Assembly (NCBI RefSeq): GCF_006345805.1 | Contig: NW_021833017.1 | Location: forward strand, 1 to 64,000 | Origin: Octopus sinensis | Lineage: Eukaryota | Length of the DNA stretch: 64,000 bases | Direction: 5' to 3' | Shown here: positions 1-12,615 of the stretch, one piece after another | How the letters are laid out: each line of letters opens with the position of its first letter | Numbering within the stretch: position 1 is the stretch's first letter | The notes under the pieces: model-generated | Databases searched by the model: none | The model's input: the letters and a program-made list of their open reading frames with translations, nothing else | What the model was told of the DNA's origin: nothing | Translations under genes and position numbers: made by a program

Positions 1-740
1 TATCTCCCTATTTTCCATTGAAAAAGCTTTAAATTCGGAATCAATGCTTGATAACATGAAACTCCTATCCATTTTCAAAGTTGAAGAAAAATCGATGCCG
101 AAAAAAATGTGGAAAAAAATCTCCCAAAATTCACTGAGTTGAGATATCGTGTCAAGCAATGTCGGATACTATAACCCAACTATTTACAAAGTGAAATCAC
201 GTGTTTTAACGAATGCACCAACGAGATTTGGGTTCAAATTTACATTTAAATAACAATAGGTTCTCTTGGCCAGATTGGTATTATGAACCAAAATATTTTT
301 CGGCCGGGTTAGTAACGAAAGGGTTAATTATTCATCATTTTAACATCAACTTTACTTTACATGCATGTATGAGGCAGATTGTTCTAGGGCCAGATGTTTT
401 TCCTGCCATTTACCCTTACCTGTTTCCAAGATAACTAACATTTCCCTATGGCCACACAGTGTTTGGAAATGATTGACACCACCTTTTATATGAAGGTGAT
501 ACTTCTGAACTATCATGCAATGTCAAGACCAGGTGACACAAGCATATGCTACAGCTTGGCCAGGGTAATGTGCTGTGGCACTGAACCTGAAACCATGTGG
601 TTGGAAAGCAGAGTCCTTAACCACACAGCTATACCTGCAGCTTCCTAAGTAGAGTTAATTTTAAATTTAACCGACCCCTAACTTCCTTTGGGTGTTTCTT
701 CAGAGTTAAAAATAATCCAATATTTTAACATTTGTTTCAG

Positions 741-808
741 TTTCTGATGTTTCTTCTGATAGCTCAGATGATGAACCCATCATCAAGAAAAAGAAATCAC
801 CTCCTTCG
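741..808 (+). CDS. DEK: DEK internal coding exon (SDVSSDSSDDEPIIKKKKSPPS)
   Basis: tttcag acceptor ends at 740, gtaagt donor at 809; 68 nt, ends in phase 0; SSDDEPxIKK motif precedes the DEK-C domain in DEK proteins. Confidence 0.9.
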
Positions 809-854
809 GTAAGTATTGCTCTTTAAACCAATTGTCTTGACCTTTATTAGCCAT

Positions 855-1003
855 GGGTTCTTTTTTTTTGTTTCCTTTTTGCTGGGAAGGAAATCTTTTA
901 TGCAGTTCGATTTCATGGTCAGTACTTCTGGGTTCTTTTTTTTTTTTCCTTTTTGCTGGGAAGGAAATCTTTTATGCAGTTCGATTTCATGGTCAGTACT
1001 TCT
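855..1003. repeat. Tandem duplication of about 75 bp in a DEK intron
   Basis: 855-929 and 930-1003 differ only in the poly-T tract. Confidence 0.9.
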
Positions 1004-1088
1004 ATGGCCAGGCATTTTTTTTCACAGAAGACTAGAAACAAACATTGCTTGCATGATGGGGATGTTTGTGCACCACCCTCATGTGGGC

Positions 1089-1123
<35 letters not shown>

Positions 1124-2032
1124 CAGGTTTCAATCAGTCTACCAAATCCGTTCACAAAGCTTCAGTTGACTACAATAGAAGGCATTTGCCCCAGGTACCA
1201 CACAGTGGGACTAAATTCAAGACCACATAATTAGGAAGCAAGCTTCTCTAGCACATGGCCCTGCCTACAGCATAAATAAACATTTCCTGCTGTTCAGTTA
1301 CTCTTGCTTCTTCCCCACCCCCTCACGTCCCCTTAATGTGGCTCGTTAAAGAGAGACCTTTTAGATTAGCTTCTCTGCTCTCTTTGCTTTCATTACATCC
1401 TTTTGTCTATCATCTATACTCTTGGTTGATTTTAGGCAGCCAAAGTCTGGAGAGAGAGAAACAGGATAATTATATGGCTAGTCATCGGTTCTTTTGGTCA
1501 CTGCTGCAAAGAAATGATCTGGCATTAAGCTGTTTACACTTTATCATGGTTCAGCTATTCACCTTGGGCCTTATCAGGGGTTGAGCCATCTCCACTATGT
1601 CAGAGCTATACATCTCTTCTCTTGGCCAACGCAATTATATCAAAAACCTCAGTTTTATACAAAAGGCTAACCTGCTGCTAACACTGTTTAGCAAGTGAAG
1701 ACTGTCAAATCGCTGCCATTAGCATCTGTTGGTTTTCTCCAGTTGTGTTTTAAACCTTAACATCCTGTAATGCTTTCTCTATATAAAACTTCTTGATTGT
1801 TTTAGAAACTAGAGTTTTTTATGAAACACAGTCCAGTATAAAAGTATTGCATGAATTTGGATGAAAATTACCAATAAATTACAGTGATCGTTAGTATATA
1901 GTGTGCATGTAATATTTTTTACCTGTTGCCATGTCATTTTCACCTGCCAAGATGCAGTTTAGTTGATTATATGTAAAGGTTTTTATATATATTTACAGGA
2001 TGTTAGTTAATGGGCATTGATTTCTTAATTTT

Positions 2033-2405
2033 GCATGGCTGTGTGGTAAGAAGCTTGTTTACCATGGTTCTGTGTTCAGTCCCATTGCGTGGCACCTTGA
2101 GCAAGTGTCTTCTACTATAGCCTCAGGCCGACCAAAGCGTTGTGTGTGGATTTGGTAGACAGAAACTAAAAGAAGCCTGTCGCATATATATATATGTATG
2201 TATTTGTGTTTCTATATTTGTCTCCCCACCATTGTTTGACACTGTTGGTGTGTTTACATTCCCGTAACTTAGCAGTTTGGCAAAAGAGACTGACAGAATG
2301 TGCACTAGGCTTACAAAGAATAAGTCCTGGACTCGATTCGTTCGACTGAAAGAGGTACTCCAGCATGGTGACAATCAAATGACTGAAACAAGTAAAAGTA
2401 AATAA
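2033..2405 (+). mobile_element. tRNA-derived SINE with Nin/Deu-like central domain (representative; other copies near 540-640, 1120-1270, 11604-11878, 27750-28060, 53910-54260, 55610-55810)
   Basis: tRNA-like head with GGTTCAGTCCC B-box-like motif, ACCAAAGC...GGTAGAC.GAAACT..AAGAAGCC.GTCG core, A-rich tail. Confidence 0.7.
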
Positions 2406-2817
2406 TATAACCAGGTTCTAGCTTGGCCCTGGAGGAATTGTTGTTGTGCTTAGAAATGGAAGAAAGAAAAATTTGGAGAAATATATTTAATAAAATATAC
2501 GTGTTGCAAAGAAGGATACTCTAATGGAAGCAATTGCCTCCAGTCCAAAATATGGCTTGTTGCTAAAGTGTGATGGAAACAATAGTTTTGGTAGCCTTTT
2601 AGAACTGGGATGTAGAAAGTGAGGTTGTTTGGGGTTTTTTTAATGTACTAGTGTTGATCCATCTTTACCTCGTCAAAGCAAATTATTTTTACCATCATCA
2701 TCATTTCTGGAAGGTGTGATTCAAACTCAACAACAGCCTTCTGTTCCTTCTCTAGCACCTGACACTATTCTAATGATTAATGACTTGGATTTGGTTCTTC
2801 TATTCCATTTTGATCAG

Positions 2818-2901
2818 GATGAGGAGTTACATGAAGACGTGAAGAAAATTCTGGAAGGTGCCAACCTAGAAGAAGTCACTATGAAAACTGTTATAAAGCA
2901 G
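2818..2901 (+). CDS. DEK: DEK exon, DEK-C domain first half (DEELHEDVKKILEGANLEEVTMKTVIKQ)
   Basis: cag/gtaagt boundaries, 84 nt, phase 0-0; ANLEEVTMK is a DEK-C hallmark. Confidence 0.95.
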
Positions 2902-3104
2902 GTAAGTGCTAACATCGTTAGCACAGTTTCTTTTAACTCTCCCCAAATTATTGATAGAAAGAAAAAAAAAAGGTATAGGCTGTTTTTTGTCTCCAGCTTC
3001 AGGCCTGACCTCCATGGTGTTATTTGATCCTGTACCTGGCTTCCTGAACCGTTTGTGCCCAGTTCTGACCGGGATTAGAGCCAAGGCTGTCATATATAAT
3101 GGAT

Positions 3105-3783
3105 CTTTACCTTTTGACCAGCAGATGTAGAAAATAAATTTTTCGTAACTGAACACTTTCTACCAGTATACCAAGTATACTGGTAGAATGTGTCATATAA
3201 AACAATTTTTATTCTTAGAGTTTTCGAGAAAACTTTATATTTATAAAGTTAGTCATATTTCAGTAACTTCAACCGATCAATGACGTGTATTCAGCTGAAT
3301 TAAATTACTGCTGTTGTTTGTCAACAACAACTCCCGGCAGTGTATATATTGTTTGTCACTGTTATTTATGACATCATTCATGCGTTTGTACTGGTTTTAG
3401 GGTTAGGGAGTTACTGAAAAAATGTTAAATGAAGAATTGGAGTGGGTGGGAGAGGGGGGGGGCAAACAATTATGGTGGTGCCATGAAGTAAACATGCTTC
3501 AGATACACTTGTTTATCCATACAAACAATATATACACTGCTAGAAGTTGTTGATGACAAACAACAGCAGTAATTTTATTCAGCTGAATACATGTCATTGA
3601 TTGGTTGAAGTTACCGAAATATGACGAATATTTACGAAACTTCGTAAATATAAAGTTTTCTTGAAAACTCTAAGAATAAAAAATTGTTTTATATGACACA
3701 TTCTACCAGTATACTTCATATATTGGTAGAAAGTGTTCAGTTACAAAAAATTATTTTCTAAATCTGCTGGTCAAAAGGTAAAG
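3105..3783. mobile_element. MITE/foldback element with about 250-bp inverted arms (about 3105-3356 / 3520-3783) in a DEK intron
   Basis: Ends CTTTACCTTTTGACCAGCAGAT...ATCTGCTGGTCAAAAGGTAAAG; internal 14-bp-stem hairpin at 3158-3188. Confidence 0.8.
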
Positions 3784-4753
3784 GCTTTCAATTTGGTCAT
3801 GTTGTATTTAAAGAATCAAGACTGTTTAACAATAGACCATGAAAGCTGAATGAGTCATACTGTAGTCTAGTTGCCAGCCATGTGATCATATTTCAGTTCT
3901 TGTGTCAGCAACAATCATTACTGCTTCTTCCGCTCCCTAAATGAGTGCAAAATATTAAACTACATCCCATACACATTTTTGGCTTCTTCATCCAAAGCCC
4001 CATTTTGTTTTTGTCATTATTTGAAGGGGATGGGGCTGAAAAGTGCCTGGCTTTGGGTAAGAGAAAATACAGGAGGACCAGTTAATTATGATTTTACTCA
4101 ACATATTCCCCTCTCAGACTCACACACTTATTGCAGGGGTCCTTCGGTTTTTCTAAGCCACCCCAAGTCTGCACCATCACAGTGTTGATTCATTTGTTTC
4201 TTCATCTATTTATTCCATGCTAGCAAGACTTACATGGGAAGGTGGATGAGGCAGGGCCTCTATGGCTGGATGTTCCCCTTAACTGTCTTGACCCGTTTTT
4301 CAAATAAGGTGATTTTTTTAATTCTAAAAGAATTCAAAAGCAGGCATTTTGTTGACAAGAAAGGTCAACAGAGGTCACCAGCTATAGTGCATCTGGCTGC
4401 AGATGTAAACATCATTTATGTATATGGTAGGTCCTTCCAGTCTCCATCTGCCAAAATTACTAAAATGGCATCGATTGGCTTGGGGTGGTCATACATAGAA
4501 GGGCTGGACCTGAAGCAATACGGTTGGGCAGCTTAGTGCATGTGTGCAGGCTTGTGCTGGTGCTGCGTAAACACATCCTTTGTGCCAGTGGCACAAAGGG
4601 GTGCACTCACCCCACTGTGAAGTAGTTTGTGTTTGGAAGGGCATTCAGCCGTAGAAACCATGGTCAGAACAGACAATTGGAGTCTGGGAAGCAGGTATTA
4701 AATGATGATGATGATGATATGTGTGTAATCTTTCTGATGTGTTTTTCCTGCAG

Positions 4754-4822
4754 GTATATGCAAAATATCCTGACTTTGATCTCACCCAAAGGAAAGAATT
4801 CATTAAATCAACTGTAAAACAG
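4754..4822 (+). CDS. DEK: DEK exon, DEK-C domain second half (VYAKYPDFDLTQRKEFIKSTVKQ)
   Basis: ctgcag/gtaatt boundaries, 69 nt, phase 0-0; resembles vertebrate VYENYPTYDLTERKDFIKTTVK. Confidence 0.95.
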
Positions 4823-7042
4823 GTAATTTGTTTTTTGTTGTTAGTGGGGCAGGAGTGTTGGAGAATCAGAAAAATATTTTTGAGTTCACATAGCACCCAG
4901 CTCCATCGTTTTCAAGGTCAATGAAATAAAGTACAAATCAAATACTAGAATCCATAGTATTTGACTGGAACTCCCCTCCCCCAAATTGCTGGATTTGTGC
5001 CAAAATTTGGAAATTACTGGGGGGGGGGGAAGCTGGGCAAAATACTTATTAGTATCTCATCCATCTTTGTTCAAATTCCACTGAGGTTGATTTTGTCTTT
5101 CATCCTTTCAGGGTCAGTGAAATACTGGGGTCGATGTAACCAACGTGTCCCCTTCCCCCAAAATTTCAGACTTTATGCCTTTAGTAGAGAAGAATATTAT
5201 TATCTAGTGAGCTTGAATCCTGCTTGCTTGGAATGTTACCCAGCCAAACTGGCACGTAATGGGGAAAATACCATGTATTAAGTTTTCCCCTGAAATGTGA
5301 AAATGAACCCCAAACGGTGCATAATGGGAAAATATTCCAGAAATAACTTGACCCTGAAAGGAAAGAAACTCTAACCTTCGATTGGACAACGAAAAAATAC
5401 AAGTTGCTTTTTACAGTAAATGTATTTTCACTTTTGTTAAACACAATATTTTAATCATTTAGAAATATTTATAAGTGAATGGGATTACAAAAATGTACAG
5501 TAAGGATTTATATTTCAGCTTTCTTTAAACAGACACTATTTTAATGTTTTTTGAAATTATTTTCAAGTGAATAACCATTTCAAAGAATTATTTTGTTATA
5601 TTTAAGATATTTTAAAGTGAAAATGACTTTAAAAATATGGTAAATATTTCATAAAAGACCCATTGATAACCTCAGTGTGAAATAATTTTTTGTATCTCTT
5701 TTCCTAACATTTGGCTTCTGTTTCTAGCATGCGCTGCTACTACATAACAGCTATTTGCGATAAAGGACCCGAAATACCTGTTACATGATGGCAGAGCATG
5801 CAAGAAATAGCAGCCAAATCTTTCCTTTTCTGGGGAAAGAAGCCGTTTACGTATGATTTCAATGTCACATTTGTTGAAATCATGTAAAACTCTGTTGCTG
5901 GGAAATTCCGACTTTGCTGGTGCCGGGTTATTATGGGTGGTCTGGTTACTCTTATCCTTCTGCTAGTGTCTGTGTGTCTGTGCATTGCGTTACATTTCTG
6001 CCAAGGGAGGTAACAATGTGACTGAAGAAGGGGGGTGGGGTGTCGATATTGTGCATGTGTTCAACTCCAAGGCACGATTGAAAGGCTTCACTTAATGAAA
6101 CAAGCTGAAAGCTCATTCATTATGGACGACAGTTAAAGTGAAATGACCTTAGAATGCAAACACCTGTTGATGGTGCACTTTTGTCTTTTACGTGTTCCAA
6201 ACGAAAGGCTATTTTTTATTAAGTTTCGATTGCTTATTGGTGTTATGAGAGTAGACAAATACATTGGCAGAAGGGAAGGTAGATATGTTAGTTAATTAGA
6301 TAGGTACATAGGTGAGTCTACAGATGATAAAGGTAGATAAGTAGCTGAAATAAACTGAAAATAATCTCAATTACTAAATAATTTGAACTGATCTTTGGTC
6401 ATAGTTCAGCAGAGAAGTGTACAGGTTTTATCTTTTTTTACCTTTGTCTTTTGTTTCCTGAAAATATCTGCCAAACGTATTAAAAGAAGGTAAAGAAACG
6501 ACACCATTTCGATTGTATCTGAAAGTTTTGATTAAATGGCACAGTTTCAAAGACAAATTGCTTTGAAATTCTTTGTGTTTAACATATTAAAGTGTTTTCA
6601 AATCTGTTGCCTTGCACTTTGGAATTTCCCCAGTTGCTGCTGGTTATTGTTCAAAGCAACAAACTGGCAGAACTGCCGTCTGTCTTTATGTTCTAGGTTC
6701 AAATTCTGCTGAGGTCAACTTTGCCTTTTGTCCTTCCAGGGTCAATAAAATAGGTACCAGTTGGGCACAGGGGTCAATGTATTCGATTGAACCCCCTCCT
6801 CCAAAATTGTGCCTTTAGTAGAAAGTAGATTCATCCAATCACTGTGTTCTGAGTTCAAATACTGCCATGGTCGGCTTTGCCTTTCATCCTTTCAAGGTTC
6901 AATAAGATAAGTACCAGTGATGCACTGAGGTAACCCCCTCCCCTAAAATTTCAGGCCTTGTGCCTACAGGAGAAAGGATTATTATTATTATTATTGCCAC
7001 AATTAACTGCATTTTTCTTTCTTTCTTTTCTTCTCTTTTCAG

Positions 7043-7054
7043 ATCATTTCCTGA
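7043..7054 (+). CDS. DEK: DEK terminal coding exon (IIS*), followed by 3'UTR of undetermined length
   Basis: Long polypyrimidine tract + ag at 7041-7042, then atc att tcc tga; mirrors the vertebrate DEK end (LIS*). Confidence 0.85.
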   Translation: MIS

Positions 7055-7762
7055 GTTGTGTGTTGTAGTATTGTATTATATAAAGCTGGATGGAAGATTT
7101 ATCAATCACATCTGTGTATGATGAGATTGGGTGGACGGTTGGGCCAGATGGGGGGTAGGGAGTAGGGTGGGGAGTGTGGGAAGGGTATCAAGCATTTCAT
7201 TGTCCCCTTATCTCATCATGGCTCTATAATATTTCACTCATTCTCCCCACCTCTTTTTATTTTTCTATCTCTCTCTCCACATATTCTACATTTTCATTGT
7301 AATTTTCTTTCTCAATGGTGGTGATGGTGTTAACAGTGATAGATGTGATGACAAAGATGACGACAACGACAACTGGCTTATTCCATTATTCTACTTCAAA
7401 ATACTTGACATTTTGTGGGGTGGAGTGTTTATCCCCCCCCCCTACTGTAAGTATTCTATCTTCCCCATACACACACACACACATATATACATACAAACAC
7501 ATAAGGTGGGGGAAATTAGTGCTCAAATACGAAAGGCAGAGTAAAGTACTCTTTTATTAAAGCTAAAAAAGAAACTTCACAAACTGCTGCTCAGAGTTGT
7601 TTCACATGACTATTCATCTGATGGTTCTTGTAATACACACCAGTAATGGAATTTTATAAATTGTGAGTTTATTTATGGAAACCAGTTCAACGAATAAGCA
7701 TTTAAATTTGATTGGATAACTAATTTTTTTTTAAATTTATACATATATATATACATGCATTT

Positions 7763-8070
7763 ATACAGAATAGGCCAAAAAGTCACAAACCAAAATTAAA
7801 ACTCATTTAATTATATTACATATTTCAAAGACAACACGTTTTTATTTAATTACAAAGCCAAAAAAAATGTCAGCAGTATGATCACAAGTGTTCCGAAATG
7901 TCTGCAGTTTTTGTTATTTGTCACATGAGGAATTGCCAATTTCCTGCAAGGATCTTCAAACTGATTTCTTTAGACTTTTTTTTTTTTTTTTTTTTTTGAA
8001 GCTTGTTATTATGACAGATCCCCCGTGTCTTGTGTGATAGCACCAGGCAGCCACTTTGGTATTTGTCATG
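7763..8070 (-). mobile_element. Tc1/mariner-superfamily 3'-end relic
   Basis: tacagaataggccaaaaagtcac TIR-like end and a ...DISEHL* C-terminus resembling GGHFEHLL*. Confidence 0.4.
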
Positions 8071-8499
8071 CACACTGCCTGTTGCATGACATGTTTGGAT
8101 GCCAATGTGGCTTTTGGTTGAAGGAGTCTGCAATGGTTCTATTGGTTGCACCATGGAGACCGAATGGGGGAACCAGTTCAATGCACTCTGGAAGAGCATT
8201 GAAGGCATATGTACTTGTACACGACGGACAAAATGGCAAATGCTTTGGTGCATGACTTTTGGCTCTCTCTCTCTCTCTCTGTGTATATCGTCAGTCCTTT
8301 AGGCACATAGCTATATGTAACCCTATGTTAAGACACACTGTTACATATCCATACATGACACGTGGCTCTGTATTTAAAGAGATGAATATCTCCAAGCATC
8401 TGATTCACACGTTGTCTTTTCTCTCATTTCCTTCTCAAAGCATTTATGTAAATATAGCACTTAGTTTTAAAGTCCATTATTGCTATCAGTGTATGTTAA

Positions 8500-8835
8500 G
8501 GCATCGAGCTGGCAGAAATGTTAGCAAACAGGGTGAAATGCTTAACGGTATTTTGTCTGTCGCTAAGTTCTGAGTTCAAATTCCACCGAGGTCAAATTTG
8601 CCTTTCCTCCTTTTGGGGGTCGATAAATTAAGTGCCAGTTGTATACTGAGGTCAATTTAATCGAATGGCCCCTCCTCCAAAATTTCGGGCAGCCATGTTT
8701 ACATTCTACTGGGGTCAGTTTTGCCTTTCATCCTTTCAGGGCCTATAAATCGAGTACCAGTCACATACTGGGGTCAATGTAATCCTTTCTCAAAATTTCA
8801 GGCCTTATGCCTTTAGCAGAAAGAATAATTATTAT
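8500..8835 (+). mobile_element. Octopus-type tRNA-derived SINE, tandem copies (others near 5000-5200, 6660-6995, 10195-10290, 10970-11200)
   Basis: GAGCTGGCAGAA..GTTAGC head, GAGTTCAAATTCC B-box, TTTGCCTTTCATCCTTTCGGGGTCGATAAA body, (ATT)n tail. Confidence 0.7.
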
Positions 8836-11800
8836 AATTGGTTTCAAATTTTGTCACAAGGCCAGCAATTTTGGGGCGGGGTAGAGGGTACTTAACCCTG
8901 AAAGGATGAAAAGCAAAGTTGAACACAGTGTAGTTTGAACTAAGAATGTAAAGGTATACAAAATGCTGCTAAGCCATTTTCCTGCTGCTTTACCAATCAT
9001 TCTACCAGCTTGCCCACCTTAATGATTATTAACGACATGATTAAAGTTGAGTTGACCAAATCATGAGGCTCCCAGAGAAACTGCTTTCCCCTATTTCTTC
9101 TGCTTCTTTACATTCATATTGTGCCATGGTCGACTTTGCTTTTCATCCTTTCGGGATTTTCCTTTCCCCTGCTCTGGAAGTGAAAGAGTTCCATATTGTA
9201 AGAATCCATCACAAACTAATTCAGTTCAACATATTATTATTATTATTATTATTGTTGTTGCCTTGCTGTTTCCTTTAGTAATTTATAACCTTGTGTCAAT
9301 GTTTAAAAAACAAATGTCTATGTGTGTGTGTGTGTGTGTATACACATACATATACACGTTAGAGTTCAGTCCCTCTGTTTGGCACCTTGGGCAAGTGTCT
9401 TCTATAGTTACAGGCCAACCAAAGCCTGCCATCGTATGTATGATTAGGATTGTGTAGTTGTGGTTACATTTCACCCCCAAAAATCACTGAGCTACAAGCA
9501 GTGACATTGTTGTCAATTCCCCTGTCAACAAATCATTTCTTGGTTTTATGCTTTCAAAAGTGTGTCCTACAAGATGGGCATTTAAGTGTGAAATAACACC
9601 TCAATAATACATTTGTTTAGGTCATAATTATCATGGAAAAGCACATGTCAAATAAACGTGTGTTTATATGCATCTACATCTCACTTTGTATTTTAACTGC
9701 TGTTTGGTGGTGGGCTGGATGGTGTTGCTTGAAGGCTTCTTACAAAGGGTTGTGAATTTATATATTGCTGCAGTCCTGGTTTCAAACCCCCTCATGGTCA
9801 ATTTTGTTTCAACTTTAAGCGTAGTGGAGAAGCGGGGCAATAAAAGACCAGTCCAGTATGTGGTGGTGGTCGGGTGTCAGTTTTATCAACTCCGTCTTCT
9901 CATTTTAAATTTTGTCATCTTTATCTTTAATAAGGCATCAGTTTCACTTGATCATCATCATCATCATCAGATGCAGAGCAGTAGATTTGCATAATTGTCA
10001 GTGTTGAGGAAGTGGATTCTTTAGGGTATTCTGGCTTTTAATATTCCAACATTCACTTTGGCTTTTAAGGATCAATTTCATAATTGATAGTCTTGACTAA
10101 CTGGTTTCCCCCAGATTTCGGGCCATGTGCCTCTATGTCAGAAATGTTGTGAGTACCAAAGGCATCAGACAGAATACTCAGCTGCTGCACTTGTTCCATT
10201 TTGAGTTCAAATTCTGCTGCGGTCAACTTTGCCTTTTGTCCTTTCGGGGTCAATAAAATAAGTGCCAATTGAACACAAATTCTTCCCCCCCGCCCTCACT
10301 CTTTGAGTTTGTATCTGCTTGACCAAGTCTTACCTTTCTTGATTCCGTGCTTACTGGGACATCTCCAATAGCCATTAGTCTTGGTAAACTGGATCTTTTG
10401 GGCATGGTTTCAATTCCTAGTTGATACTATTGATAGGAGGGGGCATGTGTATCCTAGCGTATCATTTCTGTTGCCCCTGTGTGAGAAACCGATTATTGGG
10501 TCGGGGGGGGGGGGGCTTCTGTGGACGTGAGGTCAAGATATGGTTTGGTGTGAAGTACCCATGATGCATTGCAGAATGAGGTGGGGCTGCTGGTTTGATG
10601 TTTTAATTCTCTGAATCCTTCTGACAATATATTGATCCCTGTGTTTTAGATATCCCCACTTCCTCCTTTGTGCCAGCTCCAGTTTCTAACCTGAATGCTT
10701 TCATTTGTGTTATCAGCCGCCGCCACGGCTGCAGAGAGTTTAATTTCGCTTCAGACTTGCATAAAACATTGATGGTGATTGTATGATAATTAATAGAGAC
10801 TTTTAGATGTCAGCTTACAACAAGCTGGCTTTTATTCCATTTATATTAATTTCTGTGAAAAGACAAAACACTTGTAACAACGCATTCTCAGTTTTCTCCT
10901 TTCAAATGAAGCAAAGTTGTTTTTTTATCAACCTACTTATGTAATAAACCATTGTTATTATTATTATTAACGGTGGCCGGCTGCTAGAATCATTAGCATG
11001 CGGACACAACATGCTTAGTTGCATTTCATCCATCTCTTAACGATCTGAGTTCAAATTCTGCCACAGTCAACTTGGCCTTTCATCCTTTCAGGGTTGATAA
11101 AAAAAGATAAGTACCAGTTGAATGCTGGGGTCGATGTAATTGACCTCACCCTCTAGGGCTTGGTGCCAAAATTTGGACATTTATTCCAGACTCTTTGTAT
11201 TCTGAGTTCAGTTTGTCGCTAGGTCAACCTTTTTGCCCTTCCAGGGTCTATTTAATGAACCAGCCCCTCATCACCCATTTCTGGCTTTAAATGCCTTGCA
11301 GGGTTCAGTTCCCTTTCCAGGCACCGTTGAAGGACCAGTAATACAGTGGGCAATTGTTGATTTAAACAAATATAAACAAAATTGATGGCCTAAGTAGCAG
11401 TGGTGGTGGGCATAATGGAGTGGTGCACACTTTACATAACATTCTGAATACAGTTTCCTACTTGGTGTCAACTTTGTCTTTTGGTTGCCCAGGGAGGTGG
11501 GTGGGGCTCATCGATGAAGTGAAGCCCCAGTCTGGTTCTGCTGTGGCAAACACCCCCACTTCGTTCACCTGACCACTGTTAGGAGCCAAGCAGGGCATGG
11601 TAGAACAACTGCCTGTGTGGTTAAGAAGTTTGCTTCCCAACCACATGGTTTCAGGTTCAGTCCCACTCCGTGGCACCTTGGGCAAATGTCTTTTACTCTA
11701 GTTTCACCAGTGTTTGTCCCCTTCTATTGCTTAGCAAGTGTTGGTGTGTTTACATCCCTATAACTTAGCGATTCAGCAAAAGAGACTGATAGAATAAGTA

Positions 11801-11883
11801 CTGGGATCAATTCATTCAACTGAACTTCTTCAAAGCAGTGCCCCAGCATGACCACAGCCTGATGACACGAGTAAAAAGATCTA

Positions 11884-12615
11884 CAAGATGTGTTCAAAAA
11901 GTATCCAACCTTTAGGTATAAGAAAAACAATTTGGTACATTGGACAAATTTTATTTGATCCCCTTCAAAATAAACCCCCCCCCCCCTCCTTGGGAGTTCA
12001 CACTCTTCTCTCTGCAGTTCTGCCACTTAAATCCCTCCGCTTTCAGTTGGGGAAGAACCAGAGGTCACATGGTGCCAAGTAAGGAGCCTGTTAAACGTGT
12101 GTTTGTGACCAGGAAAGCTTGGATTACAAGGTGTGTTCAAAATGGATCTGACTTTATATTTCCATGTGCACAAATCCTCCATTAATATGGAATGTACTGA
12201 TCCTGTGCTTGTTTCCACTTGATGCGTAATTTCCTGGATTGTTACACAGTGGTGTTCCATGACTATTCACTGAAACTTCTCAATTGGCCCCCTTCATTTC
12301 AGAATAGCCTGCCCAAGCGTACCTCACTCTCCACTGAGGTGCAGACTTGTCCAATGAAGTTGTGCCGTTTCTTGATCTGAGTTTTGCCCATGGCATCAGC
12401 ACCAAGGGCCTGTTGAATCTTGTGGATGGTTTGAGCTTGAGTATCACTGAGCTTTTCTTAAAACTTGATGTGTTTGCACCACACCTGTAATCAGGACATA
12501 ACGACCGGAGCCAGCAGAAAGATTTTCACAAACGTGCCAGAAGGGTGGCATCACCTCCCACCCAAACGATTTTGGCAAGAAAATATAAAATCAGATATTT
12601 TTTGAATGCACCCTG
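11884..12615 (-). mobile_element. Internally deleted mariner relic
   Basis: TA-flanked degenerate TIRs (caagatgtgttcaaaaagtatcc / atattttttgaatgcaccctg); HTH remnant TIQEITHQVETSTGSVHSIL joined to the C-terminal DLAP region. Confidence 0.75.

Noticed and set aside
2033-2110. tRNA genes (this and other GGTTC-containing heads)
   Set aside because: No complete cloverleaf; each continues into a SINE body and tail
4823-4924. Alternative DEK C-terminus by intron read-through (VICFLLLVGQ...)
   Set aside because: Good donor at 4823 and a conserved IIS* exon at 7043; no evidence for retention
7581-7630. Hammerhead-like motif on the - strand (CAGATGA...GAAAC)
   Set aside because: Core mutated, stem II barely pairs, no clear cleavage triplet; at most a dead relic
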